Source: Azolla caroliniana
Taxonomy: Eukaryota > Plantae > Polypodiophyta
Length of the DNA stretch: 64,000 bases
Direction: 5' to 3'
Assembly: GCA_043228905.1 (NCBI GenBank)
Contig: JBHGNT010000009.1
Location: forward strand, 11,780,001 to 11,844,000
Both the position numbers and the translations under genes were made by a program. This document shows positions 1 through 11,219 of the stretch, piece after piece (within the stretch, counting starts at the first letter, position 1; the number at the start of each line of letters is the position of its first letter). Below the pieces are notes generated by a model. The model saw only the letters and a list, made by a program, of their open reading frames with translations. It was not told the DNA's origin and searched no databases.

Positions 1-856
1 TTGCGGTCGTTCCCTTCCGGTCCGGCCCCCTCCGGTCTTTACCGTTCTGGTCCGGTGTCCACTTCGAATCGGTACCGTCGGTTTCCTTGTCTTTTCGGAA
101 GTGCCGACAGTTCTTCTGGAAGTGTCCCAGCTTGCCACAATAGAAGCAAGTAGGCCTTCCCCTTGACTTTGACCGTGTCCTCGACTTTTCCCGGTTCTGG
201 GGACTACTGTTCCTTTGTCTTCCACGTTCCGATTCGGTAAGGAGCGCTTTGGAGTCGGAGCTCGTATCGTTATCTTTCCGACGCACCTCCTCATCTAGCA
301 AGCTTGACTTCACTCTTGCTAGGGATAACCGTTTCCCTTCCGGCCTGGCGTTGCCAAAAGTGACAACCAACGTCTCCCAGCTATCTGGGAGGGAACCGAG
401 CAGGAGTAGTGCTAGTACCTCATCGGTGAGAGGTACTTCCAATGGTGTTGCCTGGTGGATCAGCCCCTGGAAGGAATTCATGTGCTCCGCCATGCTGGAG
501 CCATCTTGGTACCGGAGTCTTACTAGCTTCCGAAATACCGAAACCTGATTAACAACATTTTTGTTCTGAAACATAATGCCGATCTTCTCCCAGAGCTCAT
601 GAGCCTTGCTCTCTTCATTGAAGTAGTTGTATAGACTCATGTCGATGAAGCACCGTATGTACGCCGTTGTCTTCATGTGCATCACCTCCCATATCGTGGC
701 ATCGATTTTGTCCGGTCTCTTGTCCCCGAACTGAACCGGCAACCAAAGGTCTTTAACCACGAGCATGTCCCTCATCTTCGACTTCCACACTGAGTAATTG
801 GAGCCGGTGAGCTTGAACATGCCTCCCAACAATTCGTCCATTTTCTGTGATTTTTC

Positions 857-868
857 GCTCTGATACCA
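857..868 (-). other. Primer binding site, tRNA-iMet type (Copia A)
   Basis: Plus-strand GCTCTGATACCA is the reverse complement of TGGTATCAGAGC, 3 nt inside the LTR end. Confidence 0.93.
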
Positions 869-1341
869 CTTTGAAAGGACTACACGCTCCTGAAAACCAA
901 CGCTCGGCCACAACCGAGTCTAGGATCAAACACAGAAAAACGGGTAATGTACGCATGACACAGTAAAGAGAAGAGTACACATGATGTTTACGTGAAAAAC
1001 CCAAACACGTGAAAAACCACGGTAGTCCATAGACTGCAAACTATCACTATGTTACAATATACAATAGATGAACACAAAGGCAACGACCTCTTGTTCATTG
1101 TCTTCACCACAGGCGGCAGTTACAACAGAGACAACGTCCTCTTCGTCTCTCACTCTCTCTCTCTCTGTCACACACTGTACAGAGGTTACACTAACAACTC
1201 TATAATCATTAGTTTGCCCTAAGTCATATTTATACTAATATGACTTTTCGGCTATTTACAAATATAGCCCCAATGGACTCTCAAAAACATATTTACGAAT
1301 ATATCCCTTCATCCGGTGAGCACTCCTCACCGGGCCTGCAT

Positions 1342-1607
1342 CATCCGGCTCTTGCCAGGCACTCGTCATCCGGTTCTCACAGGGCCTTCACCATCCGGCT
1401 CTTGCTGGGCACTCGTCATCCGGTTCTCACCAGGTCTTCACCATCCGGCTCTTGCCGGGCACTCGTCATCCGGTTCTCACCGGGTCTTCCTTGCCGGGTA
1501 CTCCACATCCGGTTCTCACCGGGTCTTCCTTGCCGGGTACTCCACATCCGGTTCTCACCGGGTCTTCCTTGCCGGGTACTCCACATCCGGTTCTCACCGG
1601 GTCTTCT
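1342..1607. repeat. Tandem repeat in U3 of the Copia A LTR: about 3 x 50 nt then about 3.5 x 39 nt
   Basis: CATCCGGCTC recurs at 1342/1392/1442. CATCCGGTTCTCACCGGGTCTTC recurs at 1467/1506/1545/1584. Confidence 0.92.
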
Positions 1608-2175
1608 CACTTCTCATCCGGAGGGACCTGTTTCCTAACACTCTCTACACATTAACTATGTGTCATATTCTATGACACATAACTAATGAGTTACATATTC
1701 CCCATGATTATCAGTCTTCACATTCCCCAAGAGTGAGTAGTTGTTGTAGTTAGTTAATGAAGAGAGAGGGTGACTATATATAAAGCACCCTTATCCTACT
1801 TCATATTAAGTCGGTTGTGACTCCTTGTTATGCTACATTTTGTAATTCTTATTCTACTTGTGAAATGTACACCTTCTTCTTGAGTATTCATTTTTCTATC
1901 TATCTTGTGTTCTCTCGTCTCTCCTCTAATTCCTCTCACACATACACATAACACACATCTCTTTCGCTACACAAGAATCATACCCGATTCTTTACATGGT
2001 ACTAGAGCGATTTGGTAGCTCGATATAGCCCACTCGCCTCATCGTGATCGTGTGTTGTGCTCTACACTGACGTTCAAGAAGAATCAGCTCATTGCTATTG
2101 TAGTACCACTACACAACTCGTGTTTGAGAGAGACGGAAAAGAAGAAAGGAAGCTTCTTCGACAATGAATACTCAA

Positions 2176-4814
2176 ATGGGGAGTGCTCTTCCTAGCGAGA
2201 AGTTGGACCGAAACAACTTCACATCTTGGGAGTACAAGATGCACCCTAGGCAACTTGGGAGAGAGCGGCAAGACGACTGATGTATTTCTTGGCAACATGT
2301 GTTCACGGCCACATGCTCGGCTACATTCTAGAAGCCAAAAAGCCAAAGGAAGCATGGGAGCATCTATGAAAGATTTTCACCATTGTCGTGAAGATTTTTG
2401 GCAAAGGTGTGAAAATTGTGTGCAACGAACGAAATTGAGAAGGTGCAATGTGCATGTGTAAAAGGGGTGGAGGTCACACGCATATGCTAGCATGTTGTAA
2501 ATAGGACTGAAATGAGAATCGTAAAAGAAAAGCTAGATGTAAAGTTAAACATGTGCATGTGTGATGTGCGCTCAATTGTAAATATAAAAATAAGACTAAG
2601 GCCTAGTAACATTTAAGTGCATACATCGGGGTGGATGCAAGGCTTGAACCTTGAACCTCCAAGATAGGAGACAAATTAACTTACCACTAAAGCCACTATT
2701 AAGTGCTTTAAAATTTGTATATTTTCTTTTCATATTCAGTATTTTGTACGAAGCAAAACATATAGAAACTGTGGGCACAAAACCATGGTTTTAGCTTGTG
2801 GTTTTAGCCCATGGTTTGAGCTCGTGGTTTTAGCCCATGGTTTTAGCCCGTGGGTTTAGCTCATGGTTTTTGCATGGAGAGACCTATAAAAGCCTATAGT
2901 TGGGGTTGTGTAAGGAGGCAAATGATGTAAATAAAAAAGAAACTTTTAATTAAAGATCCGAGTTATCCTAATGGTGATGTATCTTGTCTCGTAAAACTAA
3001 AGTCAAGGGTTCAATCTCAATCTCAATCTCTCTCTCTCTCTCTCTCTCTTCATCCATCTATCTATCTTCAATACTTTCTCGCTTACACTGCTAAAAACAT
3101 CAAATCCTTTTGGTCCAGGACCCTGGTGGTCTTGCTTCATTTCGCGAACACACGAGGATTTCCTTGACACCGCCAACACAACCGCGAGAAAGCTTCAACT
3201 CCGCGAAGAGTTGAACAACATCCAACAATGGGATATGTCCATCACGAGCTACACCTTGAAGATCAAGGATCTTTGAGACTCGCTCGGCTCGATAAGCGTT
3301 AACGTGGAGGATGATGAAATGGTGCAAATATGCCTCGGCGGCCTTGCACTACAGTTCGGCGCGATGTGGACCACCGTACTAGTACGGGAGAATATTCCCT
3401 CTTTCTTCGAACTTCAATCCATGTTGTTGGTTGAAGAGAGTCATGTTTGAACAAGGAGCAACACCTTGGAAGGCCACATGCTCTACACGCATTCGGATGG
3501 AGGAAGAGGACGTGGTCGTGCAAGAAGAGGCTGATTCGGCCAAGGACGAGGTGGACGAGGCCCGACTTACGAAAACAACTCTCGCAATTTCGGCATCAAG
3601 ATGGAAGCCATCGAGGAACTTTCGGAAGAAGGGGGAGCTTCCATTCTGGTCCGAGCCGACAAAACTAGGTTGAATGCGGATATTGCGGAAAAATCGGTCA
3701 CCACGAAGAAGAGTGTCATAAGAAGATACGTGAGTCGGCTTCCACAAGCCGAGAAATCACCAATTACGCCACCAACTCCGACTATGATGACCATGGCGGA
3801 ATGTTCGTGATGAGACATAGAGCAAATTCTATGTCGGCTTTTACTTCGAATAACGCATCTAGTCTGGAAGACGTATGGTTCATCGATTCCGGTGCCTCGA
3901 ACCATATGACGTCTCATCAAGAATGGTTCCGAGAACTTCGAGAGCTGGAACGACCCGGCTATGTCGAAATCGGAGACGACACTATGCATCCAATTCGACA
4001 CATCGGCAATGTCCCATTCGTCAAAGAAGGTAACCAAAATTTTATTAAAAATGTCTTGCATATACCAACCATTACGAAGAATTTGGTCTTCGTCAGCCAA
4101 ATTGTTGAACAAGGGATGCAAGTACGATTTAATCAAGGCGATTGCTTCATCGAAAAAGAGTGTTGACTCATCGATCGCGGACAAAGAGAGGGCTGAATGT
4201 TCATTCTCGACTTGCACTTGATGAAATCTGCCATGTTTGCAGAGGGTATGAAAGCCGATTCCGACATAGGATTATGGCACAAGAGAATTGGCCATATCAA
4301 CCTCCAAAAGCTCAAGGCAATGCAATCGAAAGGAGTCGTCATCGAGCTCCCGACATTCACGGAGAAAGAGATTGAAGGCATTTTTGCCGCTTGCCAATTC
4401 GGCAAGCAACATCAGCACCCATTTCCGAAGGAGCAGAACGTGAGCAAAGGCGTACTCGATGCAATTCATTCCAATGTATGGGGTCCGACTCAGACGGCTA
4501 CATTCAATGGATGCCGATACTATGTGGCCTTCATCGGTGACTTTTCCAGGCACACCTGGATCTATCCCATGCGGCAAAAGAGCGGTGTTTGGACACTTCC
4601 AAAACTTTAAGAATGAAGTCGAGAAAGCCACGGGCCAACATGTACGATGTCTTCTATTGGATGGAGTACTTCTCCGATGAATTTTCGGTGTTTCTATGGA
4701 AAGAAGGAATACGGCGAGAGTTTTCGTGTCGACATACGCCACAACAAAATAGAGTCGCCGAATGAAAGAATCAACACATCCTTGAAGTAGCACGGGTCAT
4801 GATGAACGAAATGC
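2176..4814 (+). pseudogene. Copia B gag-protease-integrase (N part), frameshifted, interrupted by solo LTR C
   Basis: ORF fragments 3801-4166 (DSGASNHM) and 4197-4610 (WHKRIGH, HSNVWGP). Confidence 0.88.
2384..3169 (+). mobile_element. Solo LTR C (Gypsy-type, same family as 43416-44544)
   Basis: TGTCGTGAAG...TTCCTTGACA ends. Host gag reading resumes across it. TATA at about 2885. 4-bp flanks CCAT/CCGC. Confidence 0.85.
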
Positions 4815-5006
4815 TGTCGTAGTGTAGGTTGCACACTATGTGGAAATTATATTTTTGTCCCTCCGGATAGAGAATGGAGTGCTCGGTGAGAACCGGAAGA
4901 AAACGGCATACCGGCAAGGAAGAAAACGGCATACCGGCAAGGAAGAGCCGGATAAAGAGACATAAATGTAAAAAATAAAGGAAATACTCACTACTACGCA
5001 GGGCAT

Positions 5007-5059
5007 GATTCGAACTCTACACCTCCACGTTGACAAACCCCAACCTTACCATTACATTA
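5007..5059 (-). promoter_or_regulatory. tRNA-like A-box/B-box cassette in the D LTR (copy at about 7792-7844)
   Basis: Minus strand TAATGTAATGGTA...GAGTTCGAATC; A-box T to B-box G spacing 44 nt. Confidence 0.6.
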
Positions 5060-5600
5060 ACTTATCTTAAGTGTTTTAAATATAGATTTAATACGTATAA
5101 GACCTTTATTTATGCATACCTTTATTAAAAGGTAAATCGTGTATTTTTTTAATATATGAAAAAGAAAAAACACGAGACACTAAAAATAACTCATGCACAT
5201 CTAGCGTGCATAAGCCCTATACTTAGGAAATAAAAAAGCATCACATGCACATTTAGTGTGCATGAACATATTAGAAAAAAAGCATGTAGCTATGCTTAGT
5301 CTCTCCCATCACTATATAAGGATGGGGAGCACATTGTAGTTTTTGTTGATTATTTTTCTATAATGATCAATCAATCTAAAATATTCGTGGGATTCACGAA
5401 TTTGCTAAAATAATTCTCTCTTACTACCTAAATATTGACTAAATATACTAAACTCGTGGGATTCACGAGATTCTTATCTTATAACTCTTTATACCTATTC
5501 TTTACTAGCCTTATTTGTATTTTTCTTTCTCCTAGTCCAAAACCTCGGCGGTTCCCACCCGACTCACGCAACGATCCGGAGCCGAAAGGCACGACACAGT

Positions 5601-5618
5601 TGGTGAACCCGACGTGAA
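5601..5618 (+). other. Primer binding site, tRNA-Trp type (element D)
   Basis: TGGTGAACCCGACGTGAA is complementary to the 3' end of plant cytosolic tRNA-Trp (TTCACGTCGGGTTCACCA), recalled from knowledge. The same PBS is found in element E. Confidence 0.85.
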
Positions 5619-7458
5619 GGCGGGTGGCAAGGAGATGGAGAATCAACAAGAGGCGATGAGCATAACGATGATGATGATGTTCGAACGGATGCTACAAGAA
5701 CAACGAGCGATGTCGGAGATCACGGCAGTAGTAAAGCGGCTTGTACAACGAAACGGACAATTCAACGGAAACGATGTGTCACGCTATCTACGTGACTACA
5801 AGGCGGAGATGATACGATGTGGGATACCGGAAGGATTGCAAGTGACATCCTTCAATCGGGTGGCCACGAATGAGTTACAAGAAAGAATCTACAAGATACG
5901 GCAACAAAATCCAACATGGGGGTCATTCGAAGAAGCTTTACGAGAGGCATATGATTACAAGAGATCGAAGGGAAAAGATCGGCGAGAATTCGACGAATGG
6001 GTGGCATCAGAGAAGACCCACCGAAGTGCAACACAAGCATTCCTAGAGTTCGAGAATCGTTTTGCTCGACTCTCGGAGCGAGAACAACGATTGGTAGGAG
6101 AAGATAAAGTCCTAATGTTCGTAAAATCGATCGATCGAAAAGAAAGGATGGACATCGGGATCGAACTCGAAGACGATGAAGGTACGAATGGTCTTACCGA
6201 GGATTGGGCCAAAGTCGAAAGGGTATGCCGGAGACATGATGAGAGGAAGATGAGAATCTTGTCAACGACATGGCTGATGAAGGATGGTCGATTGAAGACA
6301 AACGATGGAGCCGATATGAAGGCCGAAATACAACATGATGGTGCGACGGAAGAGGGTGTAAAACAAGCTACCCTCTTGTCTTGCGAAAGAACAACGACGA
6401 AGGATAAGGCCGATAACCCAAGTGTAGAAGAAGATTTCAGAATACAAGTGTCCGAAACATCGGGTGAAAAAGGGGTAAGCATAATTGATGCAGTGAAAGA
6501 GAGCAAAGAGGACTTGATTGAGGAGGTCACCACAAAAGATGACATCGAATCGAAGGTGGCTATGGACGAATCAACGACGGATGGCCATATCGAGACTTCC
6601 CCACCACTGATTCCAAAGACTCCGGCGGTTGCGTTCGAAAGGCAACGTGAGACCGAAGAGACAGAAGGTGGCGGAGAGAAAACAAAGGTCGAAGCCGATG
6701 CGTATGACGGAGAGATAGCCAAGAATATGGCTATGGGTGAAACAACGGAGGATGATAATACCGAGGATTCCTACCCACTAATTCTAGAGACTTCGGCGGT
6801 TGTGTCCGAGAACCAACGTGAGACCGGAGAGACAGGAGGTGGCGGCAAGAAAGGTAAAGTCAGAAGCCGGTTCGGATGGAAGGTGATCCGGACGGGATTC
6901 CGATTAGAAAGAAAGCCGAACCGGGTAAAAGAGGATTCGGCCGAAAGACGAACCGAAAGAAAGCCGAACCGGGTGAAAGAGGATTCGGCCGAAAGACGAA
7001 CCGAAAGAAAGCCGACCCGAAAAGGGGTCGACTCGGTCAAAACCGATCGACCGAGTCTGACTTGGCCGAACGCGAATATGGATGGAAGCCGACCTAGCCG
7101 AAAGCCAATCGGACGAGATCGATCCGGAAAGAAGCTAATTCGACTCAACCGGAGGTTGGACCGGTCGAGGCTGGTGAAAACGAGGAAAAGAAAGCCAACC
7201 GAAACCGAAACCGATAGATCGAAACCGGGCCGGAAGGGGACCGACTCAATCGAAACCGAACAACCGATTCCGATTCGGCCGAATACGAATCCGATCGGAA
7301 GCCGATCAAACCAAAAGTCGATCGGACGAGAGCGATCCGGAAAAAAGTCAAGGTTGATGAAGACAACAAAGAGGCCAGTAAAAGACACTACCACGAATGA
7401 CAAGGGCCAAGAATATGACGAGAGAGAACAAAGAATATGGTGGATCGGATGGCGATAA
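5614..7458 (+). CDS. Gag-like protein with a long charged, repetitive C-terminus (element D); likely start ATG at 5635
   Basis: Uninterrupted 614-aa ORF. N-terminal ~200 aa resemble element E gag (FNGNDVSRYL vs FEGINLTRFV; GLTEDWAKV vs GLTEDWEEV). 48-nt tandem unit ERKPNRVKEDSAERRT at 6907/6955. Confidence 0.8.
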   Translation: MKAGGKEMENQQEAMSITMMMMFERMLQEQRAMSEITAVVKRLVQRNGQFNGNDVSRYLRDYKAEMIRCGIPEGLQVTSFNRVATNELQERIYKIRQQNPTWGSFEEALREAYDYKRSKGKDRREFDEWVASEKTHRSATQAFLEFENRFARLSEREQRLVGEDKVLMFVKSIDRKERMDIGIELEDDEGTNGLTEDWAKVERVCRRHDERKMRILSTTWLMKDGRLKTNDGADMKAEIQHDGATEEGVKQATLLSCERTTTKDKADNPSVEEDFRIQVSETSGEKGVSIIDAVKESKEDLIEEVTTKDDIESKVAMDESTTDGHIETSPPLIPKTPAVAFERQRETEETEGGGEKTKVEADAYDGEIAKNMAMGETTEDDNTEDSYPLILETSAVVSENQRETGETGGGGKKGKVRSRFGWKVIRTGFRLERKPNRVKEDSAERRTERKPNRVKEDSAERRTERKPTRKGVDSVKTDRPSLTWPNANMDGSRPSRKPIGRDRSGKKLIRLNRRLDRSRLVKTRKRKPTETETDRSKPGRKGTDSIETEQPIPIRPNTNPIGSRSNQKSIGRERSGKKSRLMKTTKRPVKDTTTNDKGQEYDEREQRIWWIGWR

Positions 7459-8381
7459 TGGTTTGGGTGGAAAGAATGGGTCTACTCAAAATGGAGAGAC
7501 AAAGTTGACATAGCGGGACAAACGGAGGATGAAGGGGAGACAACGAGCATCGGCAACTTCGGCACATACCGGAGGATGTGCGGGTTTGGAGGGGGCGAGT
7601 GTCGTAGTGTAGGTTGCACACTATGTGGAAATTATATTTTTGTCCCTCCGGATAGAGAATGGAGTGCTCGGTGAGAACCGGAAGAAAACGGCATACCGGC
7701 AAGGAAGAAAACGGCATACCGGCAAGGAAGAGCCGGATAAAGAGACATAAATGTAAAAAAAAAAGGAAATACTCACTACTGCGCAGGGCGTGATTTGAAC
7801 TCTACACCTCCACGTTGACAAACCCCAACCTTACCATTACATTAACTTATCTTAAGTGTTTTAAATATAGATTTAATACGTATAAGACCTTTATTTATGC
7901 ATACCTTTATTAAAAGGTAAATCGTGTATTTTTTTAATATATGAAAAAGAAAAAACACGAGACACTAAAAATAACTCATGCACATCTAGCGTGCATAAGC
8001 CCTATACTTAGGAAATAAAAAAGCATCACATGCACATTTAGTGTGCATGAACATATTAGAAAAAAAGCATGTAGCTATGCTTAGTCTCTCCCATCACTAT
8101 ATAAGGATGGGGAGCACATTGTAGTTTTTGTTGATTATTTTTCTATAATGATCAATCAATCTAAAATATTCGTGGGATTCACGAATTTGCTAAAATAATT
8201 CTCTCTTACTACCTAAATATTGACTAAATATACTAAACTCGTGGGATTTACGAGATTCTTATCTTATAACTCTTTATACCTATTCTTTACTAGCCTTATT
8301 TGTATTTTTCTTTCTCCTAGTCCAAAACCTCGGCGGTTCCCACCCGACTCACGCAACGATCCGGAGCCGAAAGGCACGACA

Positions 8382-10883
8382 ACACACATGCCGAAGTCGT
8401 ACTGGGCATAAGTGGCTAACATGGCCGTATACCTCATGAATAGGTGTACGACATCGGGTGTGCACGAACTTACTCCGCACGAGAAGTTTTTCGGAAAGAA
8501 GCCAGACCTATCACATGTTCGGATATTCGGCTCCATTGCGTACGTGCACATTCCCGACGAGAAGCATCAAAAGCTCGACCCGAAGTCGGAGAAATGTATC
8601 CTCGTAGGATACTCACTAGAGCAAAAGCGGTACAAGTGCTATCACCCCTCAACTCGAAAATCTCGAGTAAGTCGAGACGTCGCTTTCGATGAGTCTGCAT
8701 CCTGGTACGCACCATAGACAACTTCGACTCCGATTCCGCTCGACCCAGAATCCGCCGAAATAGAGATAGAAGCCGAAGATCGGCTCACACGCATGTTTGC
8801 AGAAAGCCCGATTATGACAAGGCTTAGTGGACCACAAGAGTCTCCGAGCGATCAAAGCACATCTCAGCCGAGTCCGAAGCTGGACAAAGGGAAAGTGAAA
8901 ATGCCGGAGTATGAAGACGATCACTTCGACGACAACGAATCGACTCACTCCCTCGATAGTGACTTTGAAGGCCTTGACATCCGGACAAATGGAGTGAAGA
9001 AAGCCTTAGAATCCGCAAACAAGAAGCTCTGCCGATCCACCCGTGAAAAAAACCTCGTAAGCCGATTCAGCTATAACGATTAAATGACATACCATTACGC
9101 CCTTATGGTGAAGGTAGCGGCAGTACGGGAGCCAGAAACGTTTTTCGAAGCCGTGAAGGGCCCCAAATGGGTTGAAGCGATGAATGAGGAGATGCAAGCA
9201 CTCTCCAAGAATGAGACATGGGATCTTGTTCCCCACTCACCGCACAAGAAGGCAATTGGCTGTAGATGGATCTACAAGGTGAAGTATAATGCCGATGGCT
9301 CCGTAAACCGTTACAAAGCTCGACTCGTAGCGAAAGGATATGCACAGATGCATGGAGTCAACTACGAAGAGACATTTGCCCTGATGGCAAAGATGACTGT
9401 GACCGTGATTGCACTTGCGGCGGCGAAAGGGTGGCACCTCCATTAGATGGACCTAAAGAACACCTTTCTTCAAGGCAAATTAGAAGAGGAGGTTTACATG
9501 GTTCAACCACCCGTCTTCGAATCCAACATTCATCCGAAAGCCGTATGCCAACTCAAGAAGCCTCTCTACGGCCTCAAGCAAGCACTGCATGCTTGGCATT
9601 CGAAGATTACGCAATATCTTCATCAAATCGGCTTTCGAATGTCGAAATCCGACAACTCCCTCTACGTACGAAATGACTCTAGAAGCTCGATTGTCATCAT
9701 CCTATACGTGGATGATCTAGTCATTGGAGGTGAGCATTTAGTCGACATCAACAAGGTGAAGTCCCTCCTCTCCAACAAATTCAAGATGACGGACATGAAG
9801 GAGCTTCATTACTTCCTAGGCATCGAGGTAATTCAGACTCCGGCCGACATTATGATCTCTCAATGGCACTACATTCTCAACTTATTATATAAGTTTGGGA
9901 TGATAGAGTGCAAATCTGTAGTAATCCCTCTCGATCGAAACCTCAAACTGGATGCCGACTCCGGCACAGATGAGTGCGAGCTGACTCAATATCGACAACT
10001 GATCGAGAGCCTCATCTATTTCATGATCAAGCAACCCGACCTCAACTATCCGGTCGGCCTCCTTAGCCAATTCATGCAAACTCCACGAGATATCCATTTT
10101 GATGGCGCTAAGTGAGTATTACGATACATGAGCAGCACAATGGATTACGACATCCTTTATGCATCGGCCACACAAACTCGACTCGAAGGGTACACGAATG
10201 CTGACTAGGCCGCCTACAAAGCCAATCGATGATCAACCTTTGGTTTTGTCTTCTCCCTTGGCAATGGAGCAATTTCGTGGAGTAGCAAGAAGCAACCAAC
10301 CGTAGCTTTTTCGAGTACGGAGGCTGAATACATGGGCACAACCGTAGATGTATGTGAAGTCGTATGACTCAAAAGGATTTTGAGGGATCTGGACATTCCC
10401 ATCAAGGATCAAACTCCCATTTACTGGGACAACATGCGCAGTATATATCTGGCTTAGAACCTAGTGTTCCATGCACGCACCAAGCATATCCAAGTATATT
10501 ATCAGTTCAATCGAGAGTGTGTTCATGCTGGAGATGTCGATCTTCTACACATCAACACGAATCTTCAAATGACCGAAATCTTCATGAAAGCCCTTGGAGC
10601 CGTCAATCGAGAGTGTGTTCATGCTGGAGATGTCGATCTTCTACACATCAACACGAATCTTCAAATGACCGAAATCTTCATGAAAGCCCTTGGAGCCGAC
10701 AAGCTTCGGCAATTCATGTCAGACCTTGAATTGACGATCCTTGACTTGCCAAGATTGAGGGGGAGTACAAGCGAGAACCGGATACCATCCGAACCAGGTA
10801 CGAGCCGAAGCAGACACCAGAGATCGTTCGAACTGGATACCAACCGAAGCGGACATCAATCTAAAGGAACCAACCCGAGTTGA
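8382..10883 (+). pseudogene. Copia B integrase C-part, RT and RNase H (several stops)
   Basis: ORFs 8412-8717, 9084-9446 (YKARLVAKG), 9447-10115 (LYVDD), 10464-10883 (HARTKHI). Confidence 0.92.
10507..10698 (+). repeat. Exact 96-nt in-frame tandem duplication in Copia B RNase H
   Basis: NRECVHAGDVDLLHINTNLQMTEIFMKALGA occurs twice; units start at 10507 and 10603. Confidence 0.95.
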
Positions 10884-10908
10884 GCTTGAAAGTGTCATGA
10901 TATGGCAA

Positions 10909-10962
10909 GACTCGAACCCATGACCTTATACTACATGGGTCAAGCTCTCGACCATTAGACTA
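10909..10962 (-). promoter_or_regulatory. tRNA-like A-box/B-box cassette in the chromovirus T LTR (copy at about 16147-16200)
   Basis: Minus strand TAGTCTAATGGTCGAGAG...GGGTTCGAGTC; spacing 45 nt. Confidence 0.7.
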
Positions 10963-11037
10963 TACATTGTAATACATAGAATATTATTTTCATTTATGTT
11001 TTATTATAGAAAATTGATGTATATTCCAGATTTCTCT

Positions 11038-11083
11038 GGAACATTCTAGAAACTTCAGGAGTATTCCTTAGAACACTATAAAA
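11038..11083 (+). promoter_or_regulatory. Heat-shock-element array and TATA box in the chromovirus T 5' LTR
   Basis: gGAAcaTTCtaGAAacTTCa (four alternating nGAAn units) at 11038-11057; TATAAAA at 11077-11083. Confidence 0.7.
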
Positions 11084-11185
11084 GGAGGCACAATGCATTA
11101 TTTCGAACCAAATCGGTTCAACGCCAGTCTTAAGCCTCCTAGCTACTGTACATTTTCTTCACATAATATATATCTTTTCTTATCA

Positions 11186-11189
<4 letters not shown>

Positions 11190-11217
<28 letters not shown>
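11190..11217. repeat. (CT)n microsatellite in the T LTR
   Basis: CT run, also present in the 3' LTR at about 16423-16446. Confidence 0.9.

Positions 11218-11219
<2 letters not shown>

Larger units (their letters stand above)
1..1640 (-). mobile_element. Copia element A (Tnt1-like), 5' part: 5' LTR 872-1640, PBS and gag; continues beyond the window start
   Basis: LTR has TG...CA ends. PBS TGGTATCAGAGC on the minus strand at 857-868. Minus-strand gag includes a CCHC knuckle (CFYCGKLGHFQKNC). Homologous to copy A2 at 25617. Inserted into the 5' LTR of Copia B. Confidence 0.9.
4815..8381 (+). mobile_element. Non-autonomous gag-only Gypsy element D; LTRs 4815-5596 and 7600-8381 (782 bp each)
   Basis: Near-identical TG...CA LTRs, tRNA-Trp PBS at 5601-5618, PPT GGAGGGGGCGAG before 7600, no pol motifs. 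Confidence 0.93.

Noticed and set aside
1342-1607. CRISPR-like array
   Set aside because: Units are contiguous tandem repeats with no unique spacers, lie inside a eukaryotic LTR, and there are no cas genes
5955-7403. Antisense ORFs of 255 and 210 aa in element D
   Set aside because: Shadow frames of a purine-rich low-complexity sense ORF; S/F/L-rich with no motifs
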